In this document: positions 37,437 through 51,167 of the stretch, one piece after another
How the letters are laid out: the number at the start of each line of letters is the position of its first letter
Position numbering within the stretch: position 1 is the first letter of the stretch
Assembly: GCF_001194135.2 (NCBI RefSeq)
Contig: NC_069002.1
Span: 26,561,005 to 26,625,004 of the forward strand
DNA length: 64,000 nt
Direction: 5' to 3'
Source: Octopus bimaculoides
Taxonomy: Eukaryota
Translations under genes and position numbers: made by a program
Notes under the pieces: model-generated
The model's input: only the letters and a program-made list of their open reading frames with translations
What the model was told of the DNA's origin: nothing
Databases searched by the model: none

Positions 37437-38642
37437 CCTATTCACATGCATTCCAGCCATTACCAACCTACGTTTTTTTTCTTTTTCTTCTTCCTGTCAA
37501 TGTCTACCTTGTACTACAACACCATCCAATATATCCTTTTCCTTTAAGCCTGTAACAATTCAAGTGAGATTTAGCTCCTGTTTCTAGCAGGCAGTGAGAC
37601 CACATAGAGGCACCTCCTTTGCCAATAATGGAAAAATATAAGAATTTTGCAAGATAAAGTTTTTCTCTTGTGTCTTGTGGTGCCTTCTCCTTCTCCATTT
37701 GTCTTTGATATCTTCCGAACCTTCCGGTCAGTTGAGTTGGCACAAAGCTTTGTGTGACGACAACAATTTGAAGAATACCATCTTGGCACCATTCAAAACG
37801 GCACATTTAGTCTAGCCCCCATCCCACCCCTGCCTCCACTACTCCCTCTTCTTCCTCCTCTTCCCTTGCTTCTTCGTCTTTTAATGTTACTACCAGCCTC
37901 CCCACCACCACAAAAAAAAACATAATTAAAATAAAATTAAATTAAAAGACCATGGAATTGGAAGAAGAAGGGTGGGGAATGGGAAGGAGGAAGAGAAAGA
38001 AGAATTGTGGTGCTTCTTGCAATGGTTATCTTCAAAGTTTGGTTTTCATGTGAGGAACCTTCAGGTTGGAGTGGGGGGGGGGTGAGATTGAGAGTCGGTG
38101 GAGCATTCTTTCAGAGAAAAATGATTAAAAGATAAACACCATTCTTGTTCTTCATAAACTGTTGTGGTGGTGGTGGTGGTGGTGGTGGTGATGATGATGA
38201 TGATGATGATGACGGTGATGGTGGTGGTGGTGGTGTTCTTATTGATGTTGATGTTGAATTTTTTGTGAATGGTGGGGTGGGGGTGGGGGTGTCACTGCTG
38301 CTGTTGTTTTTGTTGTTCTTGATGTTCTTGTTGTCATCAGTGGTTGTGACATTGTTGTTATTGCTGTTGTTGTTGTTGTTGTTGTTGTTGTTTAGCCACA
38401 TGCTGGACCACATCAAACACCGTCACATGGTATGCCAGCCACGGTCAGCAAGGACACTTTTCTCTTTCTTTTTTAGGCACACGTGTATCTCGGAATACAT
38501 TATCCATTGCCACCTTATCCCCCTTATCAATATCATTTTTCAATACCCTTAGGTGTAATTTCTGGTAAATTTGGCTGCTATTTCCAGCAGATCAAACAGC
38601 ATCGTAACAGACTGCCTCATTAGACCCTCCTTTCCTCCTTAG

Positions 38643-38676
38643 ATTCCCATTCTCTGTATTTTATACGAACGTGGAC
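38643..38676 (+). CDS. Candidate small exon (IPILCILYERG)
   Basis: Acceptor cctcctttcctccttag, donor GAC|gtaagt, 34 nt, all three frames open. Confidence 0.25.
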
Positions 38677-38714
38677 GTAAGTATGTGTGTCTACATAAAC
38701 AGCTACATACATGC

Positions 38715-38910
38715 ATGCGGGTGACACGTAAAAGCACCCACTACACTCTCTGAGTGGTTGGCGTTAGGAAGGGCATCCAGCTGTAGAAACTCTGCCAAAT
38801 CAGACTGGAGCCTGGTGTTGCCATCCGGTTTCACCAGTCCTCAGTCAAATCGTCCAACCCATGCTAGCATGGAAAGCAGACGTTAAACGATGATGATGAT
38901 GATGATGATG
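38715..38910 (+). mobile_element. SINE family C, 3' part
   Basis: cacgtaaaagcacccactacac…gaagggcatccagctgtag…(GAT)n. Confidence 0.9.
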
Positions 38911-39248
38911 ATATATATGCACATGCATATATGCACATGCATATATGCACACACTGATGGGAGTGCATATACCTGCATACATTTACATGCACAGCCACAA
39001 ACATTCCTATGCGCACACACAGACACACACACACACACAGTAAGACGTACAGACTCAGATATACGTATAGACAGTTACAACTTTCACATACGTACACAGA
39101 AGCACTCGAGCATTAATGCACACACACACACACACACACATATTCACACACACGCACGTACACAAACTCAGAAGTGCATACATGGACAAATGCACACAAG
39201 GAAACATACTTAGACATACACACACACATACACACACAGAATCACAGA

Positions 39249-39281
<33 letters not shown>

Positions 39282-40755
39282 AAGTGTGCCTATACAAACA
39301 TATAAACTTCATATACGCATGCACTCTCAGACACACATACACATATACGCACACACTGTCACACATACACTCAGATTTATATATATATACACACACACAC
39401 GTATACAACCTTCACATACACACACATGCACACGCAGAAGCAGTCAGATATTCACACACACACTCACTCACACACACACACATATACTCACAGTCACACA
39501 TACACACTCAGGTATTCATATGCACACACATTCACACACACATACAAACACTGACCCAGACACACACACACACACACACACACCTATCTGATGTAGTTAT
39601 TTCCAGTAAAATTGCTCCGTCCAAGCAGTTCCAGCCGTTTTCTTGCTTCAGAACATTAGTGAGATGCCAGCGAGATTTGCCAGAGAAATTCCAAGAATTA
39701 AAGGCAATTTTCTACTGGCATTAGCTGGCTGATAGTGTTGGAAGAAGACCGTTGCTGTCCACTCTGTAATTGACCAATTATTGATCAGCAAGCAATCACG
39801 GAAACCTTATCTTTAAGCAACTCATTATATCCTGTGCTGGTTGGAAGATAAGGAGCTGTACTGGTACCGTNNNNNNNNNNNNNNNNNNNNNNNNNNNNNN
39901 NNNNNNNNNNNNNNNNNNNNNNNNNNNNNNNNNNNNNNNNNNNNNNNNNNNNNNNNNNNNNNNNNNNNNNNNNNNNNNNNNNNNNNNNNNNNNNNNNNNN
40001 NNNNNNNNNNNNNNNNNNNNNNNNNNNNNNNNNNNNNNNNNNNNNNNNNNNNNNNNNNNNNNNNNNNNNNNNNNNNNNNNNNNNNNNNNNNNNNNNNNNN
40101 NNNNNNNNNNNNNNNNNNNNNNNNNNNNNNNNNNNNNNNNNNNNNNNNNNNNNNNNNNNNNNNNNNNNNNNNNNNNNNNNNNNNNNNNNNNNNNNNNNNN
40201 NNNNNNNNNNNNNNNNNNNNNNNNNNNNNNNNNNNNNNNNNNNNNNNNNNNNNNNNNNNNNNNNNNNNNNNNNNNNNNNNNNNNNNNNNNNNNNNNNNNN
40301 NNNNNNNNNNNNNNNNNNNNNNNNNNNNNNNNNNNNNNNNNNNNNNNNNNNNNNNNNNNNNNNNNNNNNNNNNNNNNNNNNNNNNNNNNNNNNNNNNNNN
40401 NNNNNNNNNNNNNNNNNNNNNNNNNNNNNNNNNNNNNNNNNNNNNNNNNNNNNNNNNNNNNNNNNNNNNNNNNNNNNNNNNNNNNNNNNNNNNNNNNNNN
40501 NNNNNNNNNNNNNNNNNNNNNNNNNNNNNNNNNNNNNNNNNNNNNNNNNNNNNNNNNNNNNNNNNNNNNNNNNNNNNNNNNNNNNNNNNNNNNNNNNNNN
40601 NNNNNNNNNNNNNNNNNNNNNNNNNNNNNNNNNNNNNNNNNNNNNNNNNNNNNNNNNNNNNNNNNNNNNNNNNNNNNNNNNNNAGGAGGAGAGAGTAAGG
40701 GAAGGAGAGAGTAAGGGAAGGAGAGAGAGATAGAGTGTATGTGTGTGTGTGTGTA

Positions 40756-40790
<35 letters not shown>

Positions 40791-41669
40791 ACACGCATTT
40801 ATGAGAGAGAGAGAGACAAACAGATTGCTTGTCATGTGTGTGTGTGTGTTTGTAATTATATGAAAGTGGAGTCAGATTGTGGTGAGAAAGAACATATCTG
40901 CATAGAATGTGTGTGTGATAGAGAGAGAGATGCATAATGTAGCTGAATGGTGAGTTAAGAAGCTCCCAGTACAATCCTGAGGTGTCAAGTTCAATCCTAA
41001 AGCAAGGCAGCTTGAGCAGATGTCTTTTACCCAATTCTTTTGGATCGCCTCAAATCTTGTGAATGAAACTGGTTAGAATGAGAATGCAAAGAAGTCTCTT
41101 TGATGAATTTTATTTTTTAATCAAACAGTAAAGGGCTGTCATATAGTGAGTTATGCTGATTTCACCTGAGAATTCCATTGAGAGTGCACCTGTCTGTGGA
41201 ATATTCAACCACTTAGATGTTGATTTGAGGAGCAGGTTTATCAAACAACTGAGTTTCTATCATCAGAACCAGCGGAGGTCCGTTTTATGTATGTCTGTGT
41301 GAAATAAGGGGTCGAAGGAGAAATACGGGGATGGGAATGAAGATGGGATCATGCATGTGGCTACGTGTACAGACTGATGGAGAGATGGATGGACAGAGAG
41401 ACAGATGGACAGATGGACAGAGAGACGGATGGACAGAGAGACAGATGGACGGATGGACAGAGAGACGGATAGATAGATGGATGGATGGATGGATGGATAA
41501 ACTGGCAGATGGATAGATAGATAGATACCCTTAACCCCTACATCATTATATTCATCCCTTCACCCATCCCCTCATTTCTAACCATTGCTAATTCTCCCAT
41601 GAACTCTTGAAGCATCTGCTCACCCAGAACTTCTGGTTCTCCTGTCCCCATTGACATCTAATCACCGCC

Positions 41670-41725
<56 letters not shown>

Positions 41726-42396
41726 TTTTTCTACTCTAGGCACAAGGCTGAAAATTTGGGGGAGGGGGCCAGACGAAATATCGCTAAGTATTTCGCCCGG
41801 TATACTAACATTTTTGCCAGTTCACCTCCTTAATAATGTAAAAATATTTATATTAGTCAACAATGCAATTATTTCTTACCAGCGATGAAATTAAGTTTTT
41901 CCCGAATGTGTTTTGGTTGTTAAATTCAAATCTACTTTACATTTTCTCGCAGCATTTCATATTTTTTGAAATAGACATTAATTTATATTTCTATCCGACT
42001 GTGTCGGTAACTTACATTAAATGACATTTTATATTAAATGTGATTATTGCTGTAAAGCACTCAGCATGCACTTCAGGAATTGATACAGAAATAACTTTAA
42101 TTTCATCTTTTATATAATAGACTGAATTAGATACACAAATAATTGAAGAATATGCATTCTACTAGTTTTTAAAAGTGTTTGTGAATATGATTTTCTCTTA
42201 TGAATTTGGATTTTGCAAAATCTGGCATCACACCTGAACTATAAAGACCCTTTATCATAAAATCCTAGGTATTGGTTCCATTGCATCAAATCATATATCT
42301 TTGATCGCTTTTTACTAAACCAAGACTTTTTGGAAAGAATTCTAGATTTGAACATATGAGAAAAGCTTTCTCAATGCCAACTGATAACCCATTTCT

Positions 42397-42622
42397 TATT
42401 TCTTTATTGCCCACAAGGGGCTAAACATAGAGGGGACAAACAAGGAAAGACAAACGGATTAAGTCGATTACATCATCCCAGTGCATAATTGGTAGTTAAT
42501 TTATCAACCCCGAAAGGATGAAAGGCAAAGTCAACCTCGGCGGAATTTGAACTCAGAACACAGTGGCAGACAAAATACCACAAAGCATTTCGTCCGGCGT
42601 GCTAACGTTTCTGCCAGCTCTC
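42397..42622 (-). mobile_element. SINE family B, full length
   Basis: Near-colinear with 3143-3378. Confidence 0.9.
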
Positions 42623-42853
42623 CACTGGCAGAAACTCATTTCTTTGTCAAGAACATTCTTGACTCCACTTCTATATGCAAATGATATATTATTCCACAGA
42701 AAGTGGTTGGTGTGAGGAAGTGCATCCAGCTGTGGTACCCATACCAAAGCAGTCATAGGAGCTGAGTGCCGTTCCCTTGCTCATTAGTTCCCATTGAACC
42801 ATCCATCCCATACCATCATTGAAAATGGACATTAAACAAGGATAATAATGATT

Positions 42854-43391
42854 TTAATTCTTTAGCATTGAAACCAGCCATATCCAGCCAAAATATTCTG
42901 TGTGTTTCATGTTCAAACTTCCCAGATCTGACCTCTCACACCTACCCTACAATGTCATTCTAAAAATAAACAATCATATCCTCAAAATCTCAAAGCTGTG
43001 AGATAATGAATTATTAATTACAAGCATTATATTCAACAGAATAATCTAAATGGTAGAGAGTTAAGCTGATCTAAAAACTTTAATTAAAATTTTCAATTCT
43101 ATGAGATAATGCATAATTAATCCAAAACAATGAATAAATAAGGATTACATTTGATGGAGTTATCTGATTGCTAAAGGGTTAAACCAGCTTTATGCAACCC
43201 AGATATTCTATATATTTTATGTTCAAACTGCCCAAATCTGGTCTCTCACACCTACTCTACAATGTCATTTTAAAAATAGACAATCACATCATCTAAATCT
43301 CACAGCTGCAAGGTAAGGTATGATTAATTTAAAACAATGAGAGTAAATAAGCATTAAATTTGACAGAGAAATCTGAATACTAAAGGGTTAA
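42854..43391. mobile_element. Tandem array of MITE family D (one partial and two near-complete copies)
   Basis: ctaaagggTTAA junctions at about 43171-43182 and 43380-43391; body repeats. Confidence 0.8.
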
Positions 43392-44619
43392 CAGGTTCAC
43401 CACAGTTTCCATTCCACCCATGTTAAGGGTTTGTTCAAATTGAACAGCATTTAAAACCTCCCTCAATTTGTGGTTCCACATGAATTCCCTCCTCTAATTT
43501 CTTTTTTTTTTTTTTTTTTTTTTTTNNNNNNNNNNNNNNNNNNNNNNNNNNNNNNNNNNNNNNNNNNNNNNNNNNNNNNNNNNNNNNNNNNNNNNNNNNN
43601 NNNNNNNNNNNNNNNNNNNNNNNNNNNNNNNNNNNNNNNNNNNNNNNNNNNNNNNNNNNNNNNNNNNNNNNNNNNNNNNNNNNNNNNNNNNNNNNNNNNN
43701 NNNNNNNNNNNNNNNNNNNNNNNNNNNNNNNNNNNNNNNNNNNNNNNNNNNNNNNNNNNNNNNNNNNNNNNNNNNNNNNNNNNNNNNNNNNNNNNNNNNN
43801 NNNNNNNNNNNNNNNNNNNNNNNNNNNNNNNNNNNNNNNNNNNNNNNNNNNNNNNNNNNNNNNNNNNNNNNNNNNNNNNNNNNNNNNNNNNNNNNNNNNN
43901 NNNNNNNNNNNNNNNNNNNNNNNNNNNNNNNNNNNNNNNNNNNNNNNNNNNNNNNNNNNNNNNNNNNNNNNNNNNNNNNNNNNNNNNNNNNNNNNNNNNN
44001 NNNNNNNNNNNNNNNNNNNNNNNNNNNNNNNNNNNNNNNNNNNNNNNNNNNNNNNNNNNNNNNNNNNNNNNNNNNNNNNNNNNNNNNNNNNNNNNNNNNN
44101 NNNNNNNNNNNNNNNNNNNNNNNNNNNNNNNNNNNNNNNNNNNNNNNNNNNNNNNNNNNNNNNNNNNNNNNNNNNNNNNNNNNNNNNNNNNNNNNNNNNN
44201 NNNNNNNNNNNNNNNNNNNNNNNNNNNNNNNNNNNNNNNNNNNNNNNNNNNNNNNNNNNNNNNNNNNNNNNNNNNNNNNNNNNNNNNNNNNNNNNNNNNN
44301 NNNNNNNNNCCCCCTCCTTTCACTCTTTTTCTGCCTTCCCTCTTTCCCCTCCCCTCTCTCACCCCCCTCTCTCTCCTTTTTCTCTCCTTCTCTGCCTTTC
44401 ACCCTTCCAAGCTTGATAAATACAAGTTAGCATTTTACAGTTTCCATAGTTGATGTAACCAACTACACACTTTAATGGAAACGCTCCAGCATGGTCACAG
44501 TCCAATGACTAAAACCATTAAAAAGAATATCATAACTGGAACCAGTGCGAAAGACTTCCATGCATTTTAATTTTCCAAGTTTTTCCCACCGGGTTTGGGT
44601 TGATCCAAAACAATCTTTT

Positions 44620-45040
44620 ATCTTTTACTTGTTCCATTCATTAATAATTCTGTGGCCATGCTGGAGCACCACCCTGCAGAATTTTAGTTGAATGAATTGA
44701 CCCAGGTGCTTATTCTTATTTTTTAAACCTGGTACTTATTCTATCATTCTCTCTTGCTGGACTGCTAAGTTATAGGGACGTAAACATACCAACACCAGTT
44801 CTCAAGCAATGGTGGAGAAAAATACAAACACACACACACACACACACACACGTGCACACATGCTCAAACATATATACATACACAGCAGGCTTCTTTCAGT
44901 TTCCCTCTACCAAATCCACTCACAAAGTTTTGGTCATCCTGGGGCTAGAATAGAAGATACTCACCAAAGGTGCCTCACAGTGAAACTGAACCCAGTACCA
45001 TGTGGTTGGGAAGCAAGCCTCTTACCACACATCCACTCTT
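44620..45040 (-). mobile_element. SINE family A
   Basis: Both halves present with internal (CA)n. Confidence 0.85.
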
Positions 45041-47274
45041 GAAAGGTATTTACCTGGGATACTTCGCTTTGGGATTGAACTCAAAAATGCATGATTGCAA
45101 TGCAAGGTGAAGCAGTAAAAACGTTCCACACTGTTTAATCTCATTGCTTCCTCCTGTGTTCAGAGTTTCAAATCTAACCCAAATCGGTTTAGCTTTCATC
45201 TTTTCACAGTTAATTAGTCAAGTCCTATTAATATTGAACTTTTATTGATTGTAATCAATCACAGTAATCACAAATATTGATCCTAAGTCTGGTTAAACAC
45301 AAATAATTAACATTCATTACTTTGAAGAAGATTTTTGGCTTTTTGGATTTATTTCTGCTGGAAATTCTTCTTCTTCTGGCATTGCTTTAATTACGAGCAT
45401 GAAACAAAGAATGAAAACACAAGAGGTTTTTTTTTTTTTTTGTTAGAAATATGGAGATTTTTGTTTGTGAGAGGTGTCATGTGTTTTTGAAGTAAGAATT
45501 TGTGTGTGAGGAATTATCCAAGACAAATGGTTGTGCTGAAGAAAAATAACAATTCCGCTTACTTCCCAGCATTGTTCCGTTTTAATATTTAATTATATCA
45601 CTGCTGTTTCCTTTACATCTATTAAAGTCTTCATATGGATTGTATCATCATCATCATCATCATTATTATTATCATCATCATCATCATCATCACTACCAGC
45701 ATGATGATGATGACAATCATCATCATCATCACCATCATCATCACCATCATCACCATCATCATCATCACCACCACTTCCACTCTTCCATGCTTGCTTGGAT
45801 TGCACAGTGTTTATTGAAGTAGATCTTCTACGACTGGATGTCCTTCCTGTCACTAACCCTCAACAGTTTTCTAGGCCAGGTAATATTTTCCCCCATGGCA
45901 AGACAGGTTTATTGCTGAATACTGGAAACGAATCACAAGGAAGGAAATGCACACACACACATATATGTATGAATTCATGCATAAGTAGCTGAGTACACCA
46001 CAGACATGTGCACCAGGCTTAATGTAATCCTCAAACAGAACCTTTGCAACTCAGTATATAACATGGTTTTACTTTTGAATCATAAGTAGAGTCAAACCAA
46101 TAGGGCTTCCTCACAGTTTCCATCTACCACATTTTTCTCACAAAGCTCAGGCTGACCATGGTAAAAGATACTGGGCCAAGGTGCCATCCTGTGGGATTGA
46201 ACCAGCTGTTCTCATTGCTGCTATTAAGGCCACATATGGCCCTCAAGCATCCTTTTGGCAGCCTTCGACAGTCTTCTCTGTATAAATATAATAAATTTTT
46301 CTTTATTCAACTTTTTTGGTGTGCCCCTCCCCTTTAAAAAATCCAGGTTTTGGATCTGACCCAGATATTAAAATGGGTTGAGAACAACTAACTTAGATAT
46401 AGCAAAGCAAATTTTTTTTTTAGCTTTTAGTGATATAAAAATAAATATTCATTCAAAGAGATAGGGAGATAAATTGATGTCGAGAAAGATAGATATGCAG
46501 ACAAATACTTCAACAGACACACAGACAGATAAGATAAATTGATGTGTGTGTGTGTGTGTATGATCCTTTAGATGTAAACTAGACTTATTTTAGTAGAAGC
46601 AAATAATGAAATGTGTCTGAGGTGAATGATCAGTGACACTGACACAGATAGGGAAGGGCAACGGGTCCTGTTTTGAAAAGGTGAAACACTTTTTCAATGA
46701 TAACCCATGATTGTGTTCTCTCCTACAAATCTCACTTAGCCGTTTACCATTTGATATTCAGATTACTCTGCATTCACATTGCTTTGAATAGCCCCAGTAT
46801 GGCCACAGTCTAATCTCTGAAACAAGTAAAAGATAAAAGATGAAAGATGTATGGAATAAACCACCATTAAATAACTGGATCGTGTTTTCATTTGATCGGC
46901 CCTTTTGTTAAAATTTACATGTGTGGAGCCAATTGAAGGATCAACCAAACGAGCTGTGTGATTAAAACTGAGTTGGGACAAATCAATGTAGCCTCTGATA
47001 TACAAAGAGATGAATGTCATGGCTGGAGAGCTTTCATTGTAGGTCTGTTCACTTGCAGCTAAAGCGTGGTGACACATGAAACGACACTTTCTGCACAACG
47101 AGGAATCTTCTACTTCAATGGTCCTCAAGTGTTCCTCTCAAGTTTGTAAACCCCACATGTTTAATCATATTTACCTCCTCACGTCCATGCAAAAATATGT
47201 GCTCAACAATCATTACGTGTCAAAACACAGATCACTGCTATGATACTTTCAGCATTTGTCCTTATTTACCTCCG

Positions 47275-47682
47275 TCTTTTATCATTAACCTGTTTCGGTC
47301 AATAGACTGTGGCCATGCTGGGGCACTGCCTTGAAGTGTTTTAGTCAAACAAATCAACCCCAGTCCTTATTTTCTTTTTTAGCCGGATACTGATTCTATC
47401 ATTCTCTTTCACTGAACTGCTAAGTTACAGTGACATGAACACGCCAACACTAATTGTCGGTTGATGGTCGGGGATAAACACAGAGACAAACACACACAAG
47501 CACACAAACACACACATGCATACATATAGTACTGGCTTCTTTCAGTTTCCATCTGCCAAATCCATCCACAATGCTTTGGTCAGACAGAGGCTATAGTAGA
47601 AGTCACTTGCCCAAGGTGCCATGCACTAGCACTAAAACTGGAATGATGTGGTTGAGAAACAAACTTCTTACCACACAGCCAT
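47275..47682 (-). mobile_element. SINE family A
   Basis: Both halves present with internal CA-rich tract. Confidence 0.85.
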
Positions 47683-47743
47683 ATAAACATATACATTAAA
47701 TGTTACATTACTACAAAAGTCACCTTATTGACAATAGGCTACA

Positions 47744-47915
47744 TTTAAGATAGCATGTAAGCACCAACATGCATGCATATATTGGTACTAGTATGTCCTT
47801 GTTCTGACTGCTATCTTTAAGATAGCATGTTAGCACCAACATGCATACATATATTGGTACTAGTATGTCCTTGTTCTGACTGCTATCTTTAAGATATCAT
47901 GTTAGTACCAATATT
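47744..47915. repeat. 72 bp tandem repeat, about 2.4 copies
   Basis: tttaagata starts at 47744, 47816 and 47888. Confidence 0.95.
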
Positions 47916-47955
47916 CATACATACATACTTACATACATACATACATATATATACG

Positions 47956-48007
<52 letters not shown>

Positions 48008-48534
48008 AATACATATGTACATGCAGCTCTTATTGATATGGTGGGTTAGAGTGTTTCTACACCCAGATAAATGACCTAAAGAATAGAAAACCAGACACAT
48101 TGTCATATATTTATAATGTTACATTCATTAAAAAAAGAGCAAATCCATTTTTTTCATTACATAACATACATGTGTGTGGACTTATGAATACATATGTATA
48201 TATCATCATCATCATCATTCGATGATATATAAATATATATATATATTTATATATATATAGAAAGAGAGAGCATTATAAAAATACATGTATTTACATACAT
48301 ATATATATATTGTATATACACCTAAATAAACATATATGTACATATATATATAAACATATGTATAAGTATGTTTTTATGTATGTATGTTTTATATATATGT
48401 GTTAATAAATTATAAATGCCGGCCCTCATTGAATTAGATATGTAAAGACAGGTGGAGAGGAATGTCTGTCTTGGAGGTTGTCCTCAACCATAATAAAATT
48501 CCATAAATCTCTCTGCTTCACCATTTTCACTCTA

Positions 48535-48566
<32 letters not shown>

Positions 48567-49371
48567 ATACTTTCTCTTTCCTTTGTCTTTCTACCTATTT
48601 CCTTTCTCTTCATCTCATTTCTCTGTCTATCCGTCACCCATTCTATAGCATACACATACATAAAATATACTTATAGACACACACACATACACACACACAT
48701 ATACACACACAGGTTCGGTGTAGTGTAACTCTACTAGCTACTAATGATTACAACTACCACCACCACCACACCACCATCACTACCATTATCATCATCATCG
48801 CCATCACCACCACCACCACTGCTATCACTTCTTCCACCACTACCTCCACCATCACTATCACTACTATCACCACCACTGCTGTCGCCACCACCACCACTGC
48901 TTGAAATAACAGCCAAATTTTCTTCAAATCATACCTTTCTTCTGTCTTTCTTTTTTTGCTTTTTAAAAACATTACATTTGCCAACATAGTCTTGGATACA
49001 GGCTAGACTGCCTGAAATTAAGACTGGGTTGTCATGGGTGGAATGATGTGAACATAGGTTTATGCTCCTTCAGAGCAATGTTTGTACCTTTCCAAATGAA
49101 TGCCTCAACTTTACATGTCATATAAATCTGAGGTGTTGGTCATAATTGGAATATCTTTGAACATAGGTCTGCTTACTCCTTCAGGGCTCACTTTGGGGCC
49201 AAGCAACAACTTTTAGTGGGCATGCCTCAACCTCATATTTCATATAATTCTGAGGGGTTGGTCACATTTGTGTTGTCCTAAATGTTCTTCTGTCAAGAAC
49301 ATTTAGGACAATACAAGGACAGTAAGAATTTAATAATAATAATAATGATAATAATGATGATGATGATAATG

Positions 49372-49814
49372 ATCCTTTTTACTGAAGGCACATTTTTGGA
49401 GACAGGGCTTGTTGGTTACATCAAACCAGTGCATAACTGGTACTTATTTTATTGACCCCAAAAGGATGAAAGGCAAAGTCAACCTTGGCAGAATTTGAAC
49501 TCAGAATAGACATTATGCTGCTAGGCATCTTACCCAATGTACTAATGATTCTGCAAGTCCACTGCCCTAATAATAATAATAGTAATAACAATAATAATCC
49601 TTTCTACTATAGGCACAAGGCCTGAAAATTTAGGGGAGGGGGCTAGTCAATTACATCGATCCCCAGTGCTTCACTGGTACTTATTGCATCGACCCCCAAA
49701 AGGATGAACAGCAAAGTCAACCTCGGCAGAATTTGAACTCAGAATGTTGAAATGGACAAAATGCTACTAGGCTTTTTTTTCCCAGCCTGTTAACAATTCT
49801 GCCAGTTTGCTGCC

Positions 49815-49860
<46 letters not shown>

Positions 49861-50075
49861 TAATCCTTTCTACTGGAGGCACAAGGCCTCAAATTTGGGA
49901 GTTGGGGCCAAGTCGATTACATCGACCCCAGCACACAACTGGTACTTAATTTATCGGCCTCAAAAGGATGAAAGGCAAAGTTGACCTCGGCAGAATTTGA
50001 ACTCAGGACATAGTGGCAGATGAAATACCACTAAACATTTCACCCAAAGTGCTAATGATTCTGCCACCTCACTAC
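49372..50075 (-). mobile_element. Three head-to-tail SINE B variants separated by (TAA)n
   Basis: Copies at about 49372-49568, 49597-49817 and 49862-50075, each ending …gaaaaggatc/gaaaggatta then (TTA)n. Confidence 0.9.
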
Positions 50076-50096
50076 AATAATAATAATAATAATAAA

Positions 50097-50655
50097 ATGC
50101 TCTGATGCAGTACCAGGCAGTGGCTCTCATGGCTTCTGATCTTAATTGATTGGAAGTGTTATCATGTACATTGTTTTATTTTGGTGTAAAAGATGGGCTA
50201 CAGCAAATATTCTGCTCAATATCACAGATTTGCTTGTCAGTTGTTTGACCTTAACCAGTTGAGCATGTCCCTTGGTGGTTGATGATATGTGCATCTCTGA
50301 TCATGAGCAGAAGTAGTAGGGGAGCATCATAGTCATATGTTGAGAGGAATTCTTTGGAATTTGGATAATTCATTTCTGGAAACATGGGTGTTTCATTCAT
50401 CATCTTTAAACAACCCTTATTGGGGGACCTTTTGAGTGGGATGGGTTACTTGACCTAAAGAAAATTCTAACTGGCCCCCACCTGCAAGATCCTGAGCTGT
50501 TAATCTCAATATGAGATCACCATGTCGCGCACATATGGTTGTGATGCATGTGCCTTGTGTACCCTTATCAGAGGATAGTCATGATGGGTGTACTGGGCTT
50601 CGTATATTTGTACCCTAGTGTTACTGTGATGACATGCACTGCTCTCTGACTTAAT
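50097..50655. mobile_element. ~560 bp element flanked on both sides by (TAA)n, probably an interspersed repeat
   Basis: Complex non-coding sequence between aataataat tracts; single copy in this window. Confidence 0.5.
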
Positions 50656-50844
50656 AATAATTGTGTTGTTACCCTCTTTGGTCAGGAATGACCATAGGAT
50701 TGCACCTAGAAAGTTACCCTCCGAGGCACAAGTCTGTTTATGTTTATGGAAGACCAGCAGTTGCCCATGCATACCACACTCCCCTCTCCACACCACCAAG
50801 GGAAAAGCAAAGGGGCCAATACAGCTTGGCACCAGTGACGTCAC

Positions 50845-51167
50845 AGCTCATTTATTACGTGCAAGTGGCTGAGCACTCCACGGACACATGTACCCTTAAC
50901 GTAGTTCTCAGGGGAGATTCAGTGTAACACAGAGTGTGACAAGGCTGGTCTTTTTGAAATACAGGTACAACAAAAACAGGAAGTAAGAGTGAGAGAAAGT
51001 TGTGGTGAAAGAGTACAGCAGGGTTCACCATCATCCCCTCTTGGAGCCTCGTGGAGCTTTAGATGTTTTTGCTCAATAAACACTCACAATGCCTGGTCTG
51101 GGAATCGAAACCGCGATTCTACGACCACTAGTCCGCTGCCCTAACCACTGGGCCATTGCGTCTCCAC
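50845..51167 (-). mobile_element. SINE family O, 3'-truncated
   Basis: Reverse complement of 37053-37370. Confidence 0.9.

Noticed and set aside
39648-39763. Minus ORF ending in a hydrophobic, GPI-signal-like tail (…RKLPLILGISLANLAGISLMF*)
   Set aside because: Modest acceptor, next to a gap, with no linked upstream exon or homology
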